This document shows, piece after piece, positions 11,563-22,729 of a stretch of DNA of 64,000 nt. The stretch comes from an uncultured Spirochaetota bacterium (GTDB lineage Bacteria; Spirochaetota; Spirochaetia; SZUA-6; Fen-1364): positions 704,001-768,000 of the forward strand of contig CAWAHW010000004.1 of NCBI GenBank assembly GCA_963781885.1. The letters run 5' to 3'. The notes under the pieces were generated by a model that worked only from the letters and a program-made list of their open reading frames with translations, ran no database searches and was not told where the DNA came from. Positions within the stretch are counted from its first letter, which is position 1. Every line of letters begins with the position of its first letter. A program made the position numbers and the translations under genes.

Positions 11563-11931
11563 TTACCTTTCGATGGCCGATCGATCCGATCCAGTGCGGC
11601 TGGCATCCTTTGCGCGAAGGGGTTCCTGCACGAGCTGCTTCTGGACCGCGTCAACTGCGGCCTTATAGCCAACCCGCATGGATACTGCTTGCTCAAACTT
11701 CGACTGCGGCATTGACCATGCCTGTGAGCTTTCCATCATTTGAAGCTGATTTCGCATGAACTGAACGACATCCGTTCCTAGACGGACGGCCTTCCCCGCA
11801 TCCACTCTTGCCTGTTCAAGGCCTTTCTTCTGGGCGTCGTACAACGCTTGCATATGCGCCTGGCCCTCCCAAAGTTTCCTCCCTTCAGCGACTTTGCGTT
11901 CTACCTCAGCCAAGGCGTTCTGGAACTCCAT
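11563..11931 (-). CDS. Hypothetical helical protein
   Basis: Last gene of a tightly spaced minus-strand operon; AGGGG RBS. Confidence 0.65.
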   Translation of the reverse strand: MEFQNALAEVERKVAEGRKLWEGQAHMQALYDAQKKGLEQARVDAGKAVRLGTDVVQFMRNQLQMMESSQAWSMPQSKFEQAVSMRVGYKAAVDAVQKQLVQEPLRAKDASRTGSDRSAIER

Positions 11932-11944
11932 AGTCGTGCCCCCT

Positions 11945-12265
11945 TTAGGAAGAGCCCATCTTCTCAAGCTCGTGGAGTAGCTTGTAGTACCCGATGGAAA
12001 ACGCCATTCCCTTCTTGAACTTCACAGGATCCCCCCAAGGATTGGAATCCAACCAACGAAAATACCGTTGCTTCAAAGTCTGACAGATGAAGGCGTGATT
12101 GCAGCCCTTGCCCGCCAGCTTGTGAAGAGTCGTTAGGGCGTCTTCCAGCCCCTTCTTTTCGTAGCATTTGTATTCCCGATAGCAGTCGTCCGCGTCCTTC
12201 TCGAGTTCCGAGCTGGCATTGAACCGAAGCAGTGTCTCGAGTGCATCATAGAGGTACACCAACAT
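11945..12265 (-). CDS. Hypothetical protein
   Basis: Operonic ORF with RBS. Confidence 0.65.
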   Translation of the reverse strand: MLVYLYDALETLLRFNASSELEKDADDCYREYKCYEKKGLEDALTTLHKLAGKGCNHAFICQTLKQRYFRWLDSNPWGDPVKFKKGMAFSIGYYKLLHELEKMGSS

Positions 12266-12271
12266 CGTCCC

Positions 12272-12697
12272 CTATGCGAGAATCCGGCTTAGAAACACCT
12301 TGAGCGGCAACTGATCGAACGGGAATGATGAATGCTTGGTACTTCGAAGGGGCCATCTGCGACGAGCTTTTCTTTCGGCATCCAGCCAATTTGAAAAGAC
12401 ACTGCCCGACTCATCAAGATACCGGATCTTATGGTCTGGGCCTGCATCGTCCAAAAACAGAATCTTTACACCAGTTCGTGATTCCACAATCTCGCCCCAC
12501 CTCAGTCCGCCGTCGTACAGCACGACGCCGCGGCCGTTCGGGTATGTAACAAGGGCTCCGAACTGCTCGCCATGTGGAATCACCGTGCCAGCCTCACAGC
12601 CGCCTATGTTCATGGCTATTCCTGTCCAATCTTCAGCCGTTTCCGCTTCGGGGGTGGGAGCAGACAGTTCTTCCGCCGGAGTTCGATGAAAGATCAT
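12272..12697 (-). CDS. Hypothetical protein
   Basis: Operonic ORF, beta-rich composition. Confidence 0.55.
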   Translation of the reverse strand: MIFHRTPAEELSAPTPEAETAEDWTGIAMNIGGCEAGTVIPHGEQFGALVTYPNGRGVVLYDGGLRWGEIVESRTGVKILFLDDAGPDHKIRYLDESGSVFSNWLDAERKARRRWPLRSTKHSSFPFDQLPLKVFLSRILA

Positions 12698-12735
12698 CCG
12701 GTACTGCCCGTCAAAAGTTGAGGATCGGTTCGCCT

Positions 12736-13095
12736 TTAAGGAAATGCACCACGGCCCAGAACAACCATGGCGCTCGCCAGTACGTCATTCCAACGATGAA
12801 AGCGAGCGGGATCAGGATCTCTATCAGGCCAAGGAAGATCCGTCCGAGCAAGTGGCCCCAAGTTGGTCCAGTGTAGGGATTCTGGATGGTGATTCTTCCC
12901 GGCTCGTTTGTAGGCAGAATGGCGACTCATCGCCACGGAGTTCCCACCACCTGGGCCAAAGTGACGTAGAGTCGCTTGCCCATCAGCTTTGGCAGGGGGC
13001 GGCAATACGCCATCAGCGGGTTCCCGGGGTTTCACAGATAGTTCGTCCAGTTCAGCGTGATTCTTTTCCGTTTCGTTCATGACCGAGAGCTCCAT
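12736..13095 (-). CDS. Hypothetical protein
   Basis: GGAGG RBS before MELSV; first gene after the consensus promoter. Confidence 0.5.
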   Translation of the reverse strand: MELSVMNETEKNHAELDELSVKPREPADGVLPPPAKADGQATLRHFGPGGGNSVAMSRHSAYKRAGKNHHPESLHWTNLGPLARTDLPWPDRDPDPARFHRWNDVLASAMVVLGRGAFP

Positions 13096-13192
13096 CTTCG
13101 AACCCTCCTGGTATCCTAACCTTTTCCGCGGGTTTCTCTTGTCGGACAGCAAGCATGAAGTGCATCTTCGCCAAACTTGCCATGCAGAATAT

Positions 13193-13221
13193 ATTATATC
13201 CGATTGCTTTATATTTGTCAA
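13193..13221 (-). promoter_or_regulatory. Consensus sigma70 promoter with operator-like spacer
   Basis: TTGACA-aatataaagcaatcgga-TATAAT on the minus strand. Confidence 0.9.
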
Positions 13222-14646
13222 ATGCAATTCTATAGCGAGTGCAGACTATCTGTGCTGACTTGTCGAGTTTCGAACAGCACGGGTGCCCAGATCGCTTTCT
13301 AGCGAGATCTGCACATCTCCTTACGCCCTTTTTCAAAAGAGCCACGCTCGGGAACGGCAAAACGTATTTGCTGAGACCGCCATATCAGTTTCCCAGTTAT
13401 AGTCAACGAGCGGCATCTTAGAGCCTGTGCGAACGGCTTGTCTCGCTGCACTGCAAACGTTACGGCATTCGCGAAGTCACGCATGTGCCCCAAGGCTTTC
13501 ACGAAAGCATCGGTCATCCATTCTCCCATCACTTTGTTGGCCACGCCCGGTCCGAGGTGTGATGATTGGAATCAGCGCAATTGCTGTCGTGTCCCCTCAG
13601 GTCTTCCTGCGTGCCTTGCTTACGCATAAAAAAAGGAGAGGTTCTTCTCTTGGGCGATGCCCACCGTGCTCGTCGACCCCTCCATGACAGACCCCTCCAT
13701 GATAGGTTGACAAGGAGTAGACCGTCACTATCAAATGATCCTGTACTTGATAAAGTGGTTTTTATAAGGAAGGAATAGATGCCGAGCGAACCGCATCTTG
13801 AACACCAGACGTTGCCAATCAAGCAGCTAGTTGAGGACTACAGAACTGGTCGCATAGTAATCCCAGAGTTCCAACGAGAGTACGTTTGGCGACCGGGCAA
13901 GGCTGCTAAGTTGATTGATTCCCTTTACCGAGGATTTCCGATTTCCTCTTTACTGCTATGGCAAAGCAACGAAGAAACAAGAGCTCGTAGGGCATATCCG
14001 CGACCTCAACGATCGCCTTTGATAAACTGGCTAATTGACGGTCAGCAAAGGATAATAACTCTTTCGCGAGCGTTGAATGGAGATGAGGGAATCGACGTTG
14101 TTCTTCATCCGGAGCACGACGAATTTCGACTTGCGAATGCAGTCACGCGCAAAGATCCAAGCTGGTTCCGGGTCTCGGAGCTTTGGGATGACAGCATTTA
14201 CCGCAAGGTCAGGCACAACATAGACGGTAGAGTTGACAGTGCCAAGATAGAAGAAAAATTTGACAACGTCCGGAAAATTCTGGACTACGCTATACCCCTG
14301 GTCCGCATGGTAGACCATAGCTTCGATAACGCGGTGAACGCTTTTACTCGAATCAATACTTTAGGCGTTCGATTAAAGGCAGAGGATATCGAAAGTGCCA
14401 AAATTGCAGCGCGCCATTCGGGATTTGTTGCCGATGAAGTCGCACCCTTCCTTCATAAGCTGCACCAGCAAGGATTTCGAAGATTGAACATCATGCACCT
14501 TTTTCGTGCCTGCGCCTTTGTAGCTACGCCTGACGGTCGCAATCGAACGCCGCTCCACGAAATGAAGAAGCAAGAAGTGCTCTCAGCGTGGAAGAAGACG
14601 GAAATAGCAACTGAGAAGGCGATCGGACTTGTCAGGAGCGAGCTAG

Positions 14647-16390
14647 CCCGCATTTCTCACACCTATTATCTTGCAGATGCTGTTTGACTGGCCTGATCGA
14701 GAGATTCTTCGTTATTGGTGCGCAATAGGGCTGTTCCGAGGACCATCGGTGGCTGATTGAGAGAACGGAATTAAGACGTCGTTAGTGTATGCATAGCCCC
14801 AACTGGCTTTGTAGTTGGTTTTGGGCATACCTCTCCCTGAAAGCGACCTTTTCAATGCGCGCCAAGTGGGATTACTTCAACACTGCAAGCGATACGCCCG
14901 CTGAAGGTTTTCAAGAATTGTTCCAAACAGGATCTGATCGGGATAGCCGCTGGCCATGCTGATCGAAACTCGCCGCACGCTCAGGCGAACCTGCGCTCCG
15001 ATCTTCAGTAGCTTAAGCCGCATGGTTTGGCAGGTGGCTTCTGCCATTCGAGTTCCCCGAAGGCCAACACTGCGCAGTTCGTTCATGATCACGTAGGCCA
15101 GAGAGGAGAACCACAAGCGTATTTGATTCGCTCTCATCGTGGCCGAGCTTGTTCTGTCGGCAAACAGATACAATTGCTGTTCCTTGATTCGGTTTTCCAT
15201 TTCTCCACGCGCGCAGTAGATCTTTTCGTAGAGCTCCTGAGCCTGGTATTCCTCAGAGCTGAGGTTGGTAACGACGAAGCGAGGGTTCTCTCCCTTGTCC
15301 ATGTACTCCGCTTTGCCCACCACCCTTCGGCTTCGAGTCCAGCTACTGCGCGTGCGGTAGGAGAACTGGATGAACCGTCGGGATGCCCTACCCGTGGTGG
15401 CCCAATCTCGCTTGGCTTTCTTCATCGGGCGGGTGAGCTTCTTCAGGAGGCGCTTGTTTTTCGCCAGTCCCAGCAGGTATTTCACTCCATGCGTCTCGCA
15501 CCATTCCATCAGCGCCTCTCGGCAGAAGCCGCTGTCACCTCTGAGCAGGATCTTCACCAGCGGCCACTTGTGACGGATAACCTTTACTAGCCTTTCCAGC
15601 ACCTGCACGGATCCCGCGCTGGCGTCGATGTCGGCTTTCCTCAACTGCGCCCACAAAAGGTGGTCCCCGCAAAAGACATACAGGGGCAGATAGCAATAGC
15701 AGTCGTAGTATCCATGGAAGAACCGCCCCTCCTGATTGCCGTGAAGCGGGTCGTCGGTAGCGTCAAAGTCCAGAACCAACATTTCAGGCGGCTTCTTGGT
15801 GATACGAACGAAGGTATTCACGAAGAACTCTTCCAGTTCTTCCATCTCGGCGATGATCTTCTTGTATCGGGGTCGCTTGCTCAGAAGGCTGCCAGCAGTC
15901 TCCAGCCGATTGAGGGTACTCTTTCCAGCAAGAGCCTTGCCGCGATCGCGTGCATCCCGTCTATTCTTGCCCTCCACATCCTGCTTGCCGCACAACAGTG
16001 CCAGAAGGGGGTCGGCACGCAGCAGGTCATGATCGTTGAGGTCCTCGTTTCCAAAGCACAACCCATAGGTGCGCTGCGCGACCAGTTCCGCCACACTGTG
16101 TTCGACGAAGCGAGGCTTTCGCAAGTCGATGAAGCATGATGCAAACCGCGAGATGAACTGCTGACCAAATTCGATTTCCCGCAAGAGCAGCCCCCCGGCG
16201 TCGGATGTGATGTGGCCGCCATCGAATGCCGAGATGACCTTCCTGCTTCTCCATATCTTGAAATGAGAACTGCTTTGAAATACAGTGTGTCCGCATCGTT
16301 TGGCCTTTCTGTTTCTCGGTATTTTGTTTGTGGCAAAACATTTATACCGGAACGAAAGGCCATTTTCAATTCAGGTGTGAGAAATGCGGG
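14647..16390 (-). mobile_element. IS1380-family insertion sequence, 1744 bp
   Basis: Perfect 18-bp terminal IRs CCCGCATTTCTCACACCT; CTAG target duplication at 14643-14646 and 16391-16394. Confidence 0.95.
14877..16296 (-). CDS. IS1380 DDE transposase (frameshift near 16245)
   Basis: FDGGHITSDAGGLLL, LDFDATDDPLHGNQE, RGDSGF and RGEMENRIKE motifs. Confidence 0.93.
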
Positions 16391-17202
16391 CTAGGTCTTG
16401 TGGACATGAATATCCTCTGGTCCGGCGCGTTAATTGTTCCTTTGATAGCGACTTGCGCTACCATGTCGCCGCGCGACCTTGAGTCTAGGGAACTCGCCGG
16501 TTGGCTGTCGCTTGCCGCTCTTTGCCATCGATACAGCGGCGCAAGCGAGTACGCACTTGAGCAGGACTTGCGCGCATGTCGCAGCTCGGACCCCGTTGGT
16601 TCGCTCCTCACCAATTTAAGGATCATTCGCTCGCTCATAGCGCAGCCAAAAGACTTTTCTGGCGCGCTTGGAGACCGAGGTGGTATACTTGCACTTTATG
16701 TGGCTTGCATGAATCGGGGCTTGCGCGATTTCTATACCGGCGGCAAAATCCTGCTTCAAGGAAATGTCGATCAGCACCATATTCTCCCGCGTGCACAGTT
16801 TCCAAACACGAAGCGCTCCTTTGCAGACAACGTTGCAAATATCGCATTTATTACTGGCGCGGTTAACAAATCAATAGGATTGACCGGGCCCAAGGTGTAC
16901 CTAAAATCCATCAAGGCGCCAATTCTGAGAAGCCAGTGCATACCCGTAGACGATCGCCTATGGAGGATCAACCAAGCCGAGCTTTTCTGGAGAGCCCGAC
17001 GAGTACTTCTTGCGGATTCATTCAATGAGTATATTCGGAAGTCGCTCCCTCAGCGCCATCTCTGAAGGAGGCTGATACTCACATCAAGAAGAACTCTCTT
17101 CTATGTTGGATGATTCTTTGCACAGATAACTCTATCTTGTAAAGCAAGAACCCGTGCGGACCATTTTGGCGGCAGTAGGCGTTGGCGCATTGGAGCGTGA
17201 GA

Positions 17203-18173
17203 ATGGGTCCAGAACCGTTTGATCAATACAACCGCGAATCTGAAGTTGAGTTGGGCGGCGACAGGTATTTGGTGCGTGACAACGGTGCGGTGTACCGCTG
17301 GCTCAGGCCGGGTCGTCGGAGGAGCCGCTTCGACGAAACCTGGACATTTGGAAGACGAGACAAGGTGACGGGATATATGCACATTGGGACTCAGTTCGTT
17401 CACCGTATTGTCGCCTTTGCCTTTCTCGGTCGCCCTCCTTCCGACAAGCATGTTGTAGATCACATTGACACGAATGGCAGCAACAACCGTCCTGAGAACT
17501 TGCGTTGGGCAACCCGGCTGGAAAACGTGCTACGTCACCCAAGCACGCGCAAGGCGATCATCCTCGCCTACGGATCTCTTGGAGAAATTCTTTGAGGACC
17601 CCAGTGCGGCCACCGGGCTCGACCGAGGCATAGAATGGCTGCATTCTGTTTCGAAGGAGGAGGCCGAAGGCAGTCGGCGGAAACTCCAAGAGTGGGCGGA
17701 ATCCGATGGACGCCCCAAAGGCGAGGCTCTGGTCAGCAGGGTGTATGGCATTCGCCAGCCAAGCCCTCCTATTCCAAAGACAGTGCCGGACAGAGAATCA
17801 TTTCACTCCTCTCGCCCTGCAACGCCGATGGAAGACGCCGACGGCCTTTCCAAGTTGCCCCAGCGCACTCGGGCCGCACCCGCTAGCGGAGTACTTGCAG
17901 AACCTAAGTTCGGGTTCTGTCTTCACACGCGATGCGTATAAAGAAACTTCAGTAGTAGTGGCCGAACTTGGCAACGAACTGCTCAGTGTACTAGTGAGGT
18001 CAGGTAACGAGGACCCGGTAAAGCCGTTTGCCGTTACCAAGATCACAGTTGAAGACGGGAAGTTCGTGCACGAGGCCGTCGGCACGTTCTTCGACCTGGA
18101 TAGCGCAAAGCGGGCTTGCTTCGAGTTGCTTGGTATTGCGCCCCCGGGACAGATAGTTGACGATCGCCTTTAG
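17203..18173 (+). CDS. HNH endonuclease domain protein (frameshifted)
   Basis: VHRIVAFAF..VDHIDTNGSNNRPENLRW; continues in shifted frames to 18173. Confidence 0.75.
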
Positions 18174-18186
18174 GGGCCGCAACTTG

Positions 18187-18299
18187 CATCTATCGTTTGG
18201 ACCTCTCCGCCTTAACGCCTTATTTGGGTGTCAATTTGGTTCGCAGGAACTGGCAACTTGGTTTCTGATTCGGGGCAGGAGGTCAACTCCATGTTAGAA
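18187..18299 (+). other. Degenerate attC-like site
   Basis: GTTTGGACCTC..GAGGTCAAC stem with bulged bases, 5-bp spacer TCCAT, core GTTAGAA. Confidence 0.5.
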
Positions 18300-18315
18300 G
18301 GCGCAAATTCTGTGG

Positions 18316-19453
18316 GTGGAAGTGACAGTGAGTGAACCGTCAGACGAGTTCCAGGAGATCGCACACTGCGGCGGGAAGTTTTACGTCGACGTGCGCACAG
18401 CCCATGACGGCCACAGGCAGGCCGCATTTGGCGTGCGACACTCACGTCCTACTCCCGCAGCGTACTTCGGGATTTACGTTCTCCCGCAGGGGATTCCGAT
18501 AGGTACTTATGACCTTTTCGGCGAACCAAGGTCGCCATCTTCCGACGCCTTCCCGGTTTTCATCGGTGCTGATGCCAGGCAGATGTTCGGCCGTCAGTGT
18601 CCCGTGTGCAAAGGCTACTGGCGTTCAAGCGCTTCTCCCGAACGCTGGCCCATGACATGCGCCTACTGCGCCTTCAAGTCATCAACCCATGTCTTTTTAA
18701 CGGCAGACCAGCGGCGGTACATTCAGGCTTGCAGCGAATTGGTCCTGAAAGCGCTTGATAGTGACAAAAACGGCGAGTCCGTAATCGACATGGATGACGT
18801 CGCGGATGCGATAGGTAAGGAGGCGGCCAAGCCGCCTCTTTACTATTCGGAGCGAAGCCAACAGAACAACTTCAAGTGTCACGGATGTGGTTCCAAGACC
18901 GATATTCTAGGCCGCTATGGCTACTGCTGCAATTGTGGCATGCACAACGGCCTCAACGAACTCATCAAGGTGGTGGGCCAGGTTAGGGCTACCATCGCCT
19001 CTCCGGCGGATTACATCGCATGCCTGAAGCGCATTGTCTCCGAATTTGACAGCTATGCACGGCAGATCAAGACAACTATGTCTCCGAATCCCCATGACGC
19101 CTCGTCGCAGGTCTGAGTGGGAACGGAAGCTGTTCCATAACCTGCTGCAGCGGGCTGAGGAGCTAAAGATCGCATTCGATATAGATATCCTCAAGGGTAT
19201 TTCGGTTGACGATCAGGCCTTTGGGTCTCGCATGTTCATGCGTCGTCATGTGTACGAGCACAACGGTGGCGAAGCAGACGAAAAGTACATCGCCGAGAGT
19301 GGAGACACTTCCGTGAAGCTAAAACAGGCTCTCCGAGAGACGCAGGAATCCTCAAACAAACTTGCTGAACTCATCGCAAGGATCGGCGCTAACCTCCACA
19401 ACGGGTTTCACTCCATCTTTCCCATTGAGAAGCGGGCCGACAAGGTGTCATGA
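18316..19453 (+). CDS. Multi-CxxC zinc-binding protein with C-terminal HEPN-like motif (frameshift near 19070)
   Basis: Four CxxC pairs; RHVYEH (Rx4H) in the C-terminal fragment. Confidence 0.7.
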
Positions 19454-19463
19454 TCTACGCGCC

Positions 19464-19579
19464 ATCTAGCAAATCGCTGAAGCATTTCGCGAAGACGCCA
19501 GATAGCCGATGGAGCGCAATCCGGGCGAACTGTTGACTTGGTTGTTGGTTCGGCGTGTCTGCTTAGCTCTATGCTATTT
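19464..19579 (+). other. attC-like site (integron cassette recombination site, degenerate core)
   Basis: ATCTAGC-N5-GCTGAAGC ... GCTTAGC-N5-GCTATTT; L boxes pair with one extrahelical G. Confidence 0.65.
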
Positions 19580-19654
19580 TTGCTCAGAGCGTTCGTGAGC
19601 ATCACGTTGCGTAGGATTGGGGTAAGTGGTAGCGTTTACTGAGAAGGAACTATC

Positions 19655-20555
19655 GTGGGGGACTCATCCATCCAACAAGATGCAAGCATTCCGAAATTTC
19701 CTGAGTTCACTGAAGCGGAGATCGAAGGGCTGCAGTCTATGCGGGATCCCATGCCAGTCTTCTACAAGTGGTATAAGTATGTCTGCCAAGATCTGCCGCT
19801 TTGTCGTCTCCATTGAGAGAGACTCCCCGGCATTCCGAAGTGTCCCTTCACTGCATTACGCAGTCCTCGTGGGCCTCCTAAACAGGTGCTCTCGACTAAT
19901 GCTGTCTTGCCTCAAGTTATCGCAAGAAGGTTACTATGGCGAAACAACCTCTATTCTCGATCGCTGCATATTTGAGTCCGCCGTGAAGACAATGTGGCTG
20001 TGCGCGATTGGCACAGAGGATGCGTTCAGACGGTTTGTAGCGGACGGCCTAAAGACGCAGCTTCTCTACAAGCAGATGGTTGAAGACCATATTACGGATC
20101 AAGGTGGCAAGACTACACGCATGGACCAGACCACACTCGCCTCGATCGCAAGATACTTCACCGAAGTTGGAATTAGCGAGGATGAGGTCCGAACCATCCC
20201 AAAGATGCCCGATGAAGCTTCCATCATTCGGAAACTCGGGTTCCACGACATGTTCTATCTTGCAGGGCAGAGAATCGGCTCCCATCACGTTCATGGATCT
20301 TGGCCGAGCCTAATCTATCACTACGTTGGGATGAGGAACGGCGAATTCTACCCCAAGGATCACAGGAGCGAGCCGCACGTTAATCAGTTCTATTTCACAT
20401 CTCGCATCGTACTGTCTGCCTGCATGTCCTATGTGGAATACATGATCCCGCTGCCTTCTGATCGGAAGGCAATAGGTAACATCCTTAAGTACGCCCGAAG
20501 GGAGTTGGATAAGCTCCTGGCCAGCATTAGTGCAGCTGAAATGGTGCAAATCTAA
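19655..20555 (+). CDS. DUF5677-like (HEPN-related) protein (probable frameshift near 19783)
   Basis: ILDRCIFE and GSHHVHG motifs; stop codon lies within an ATCTAAC inverse-core-like site. Confidence 0.65.
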
Positions 20556-20665
20556 CAAGCCAATTGAAGGATTTATCGATAAAAGCATATAACGACATGT
20601 CATGCTGAAGCAAAATCGACGCTGTTGACGTCGGAGGCCGTTGCACGGCGGAGAGCAAGGGGGTC

Positions 20666-20899
20666 ATGTCAATGGACGTAGAGGTGAACGCCATACGGGA
20701 GTCCGACCTTCGGAAATTCCTGCTCGGTACCGACCTCCACGAGCGGATTGAGTCCGGCCTTGCCAGATGCAAGATATGCGGGAGTACCGTTCGCTGGGAC
20801 GATATCGGGGCAGTGCGGATCGAGGGCGGTGCACCCGTTGTTGTCTGCTCGAATGGCGACTGTCTTGTTGTGGCGGGGGCAAAGCAAAGAGATGGATGA
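20666..20899 (+). CDS. Small zinc-finger protein
   Basis: CKIC..CSNGDC; overlaps the start of the next gene. Confidence 0.7.
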   Translation: MSMDVEVNAIRESDLRKFLLGTDLHERIESGLARCKICGSTVRWDDIGAVRIEGGAPVVVCSNGDCLVVAGAKQRDG

Positions 20900-22729
20900 A
20901 ATACTTGGCTATGTTCTATTCGTCCTAAAGTATGGCTGGGGCGTCATTCCGATCATTGGGATTCTCCTGCTTATCGCGAAGACCGGAGCGAATAGAGAAG
21001 CTCAAGGAAGTCGTTCTTTTTCCGTTATTTCGATTGTTTAAAGTGGGGACAAGGCAGTATATCGCCGCAACGGTCGCCTACGCAGCGACTAGCTTTCTTC
21101 AGGAAAATCTGCGCAAAGTGCTGAAATCCATTCCGAACATCCGCGTTAAGATACGGTGGGTAACCTCAGATACTGACCCTATCCTTAAGAGTGACGGTTC
21201 TCTGCTCATTTGCCTTCGCGAGACCGATGACCAAACGCGAAACATCATTGCGGCAACCCAGGCAACGCTACCGCATGTGATCTTCCCGGGGCTTCGCCCT
21301 CAAGTAGACAAGTATGCCGTTGCGTCCATAGATACTCACTATTCTTCGCAAGCTGTCGCTTGCGCTGGGCAAGTACGCATACCCGACCTTCGCAAGGTAC
21401 TTCCTCGGACCGCTCGTAGAGACCGACGATAGGGTTCGTGAGCTTTTCGGCAAGCTGGCAGAAGTTGACAACTCCGGAACCTTTGTGGCGGTGCTTCTTG
21501 AAGAGATGAATCAACTCTCCGAGCTTGCAGTTGCCAATGGCGACCAAACGAACAGAACCGACGAGGTGGTGAGTTTTATTGAGTACTTGTTGGAGGAAGC
21601 CAGGAGGGGACCCGGTGAGGAGATTCGACTTGGCTATTCCTCGCGCGCCTTCAAGGTTGGCATGATACTGCTCGCGAAAAGTTGGAAAGCACAACTCGAA
21701 GGGGTAAGGCCCTACCTCAATCGGCTAGATCGATACATTACGGGCCGGGTTCGACTCGATTTACGTCATTGCGTACTCCCAAGCATTCCAATTCTACGGC
21801 AAGCTGCTTACCGCCATTCAAGGGGACGCCCGTGTCAACCTTGTAGCCGATTCGACCGTTGCTGCAACCACCGACGGACAGCATACGCCCAGGCGCATCG
21901 CGCTGTTTAGGCGAGTCCCTATGTTTGTTGACCAGTCATTCCTTGACAAAGCCACTTCATTAGGGCTTACAGTCGGGAGTCGCGTCCGTGGCAAGGTTTT
22001 GCAGGCCGCCAAGGACCACGTACTCGTCGATGTACTCGGCTTGAACGGGATGCTCTTGCGGCGCAATTGCTCGTGGAGCCAGGTTACAGACTGCTCTGCC
22101 ATCTTCGAAGAGGAAACTGAAAAGGAGTTCGTCATCGCCAGAATGACACCGGTAGGTGTCAACTGTTGCTAACCGGCAGAACCGAAGAGTCAGACCCGTG
22201 GAGGGCTACGCAGCCTCCTGGGGTAGGGCAACGGATCCAAGTCGAGATTTACTACGCCGCGCCACATGGATGTCGCGCACTTACCGAAAACCTTTTGGAA
22301 GTGTTCATCCCTGGGGAGAGATTGATTGGCAAAATTTGCCAGAAGCCGAATTGGCAGGTATCGTCGGCAGCAGCCGGCTTGCTGAGGTCATATCGCACGA
22401 CGCCGAATCACGATTGATAATTGCAAGCGCAACCAGAACTACGGTAAAGTCCATGGCCGGCTATTGTCGCACGATACCCTCCGGGCACAACTTTCCGCGG
22501 CAGAGTGATCGGCGTTGACTATACTGCGGTGCAGGTCAGGATGCCTGGAGGCGAGGTTGGATTGCTGCCGCGGTCATCAATGTTGAGAGCCAGATTCGAG
22601 TACACGGACTTCGAAAAGACCGTCGTAGTTGGCCAAGGTTTAGATGTGGTAGTTAAAAGTATAAGCACTTCGAAGCGCAAGATTCGTCTAGAGTTACAGC
22701 GTAATCTTGAGGATGAGAGGTCACGGTAG
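20892..22729 (+). CDS. Membrane-anchored protein with three C-terminal S1 (OB-fold) repeats (several frameshifts)
   Basis: N-terminal TM helix; VGSRVRGKV..VLVDV..G.L..SW, DPW..VGQRI and GRVIGV..GLLP..VGQ.LDVVV S1-like repeats across consecutive ORF fragments. Confidence 0.7.

Larger units (their letters stand above)
13779..17065 (+). pseudogene. GmrSD-like (DUF262 + HNH-type C-terminus) endonuclease interrupted by IS1380
   Basis: IPEFQREYVW and LIDGQQR in the 5' half; DQHHILP..NIAFI..N in the 3' half; removing the IS and one CTAG restores a 512-aa frame (VRSEL/GLVDMN). Confidence 0.88.

Noticed and set aside
13675-13702. Direct repeat GACCCCTCCATGA x2 upstream of a TTGACA before the GmrSD-like gene
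   Set aside because: Could be an operator, but there are only two copies and no other support.
22305-22316. 12-bp match (TCATCCCTGGGG) to the tRNA-Arg 3' end as a possible attR
   Set aside because: Short, lies inside the S1-repeat coding region and has no boundary signature; likely chance.
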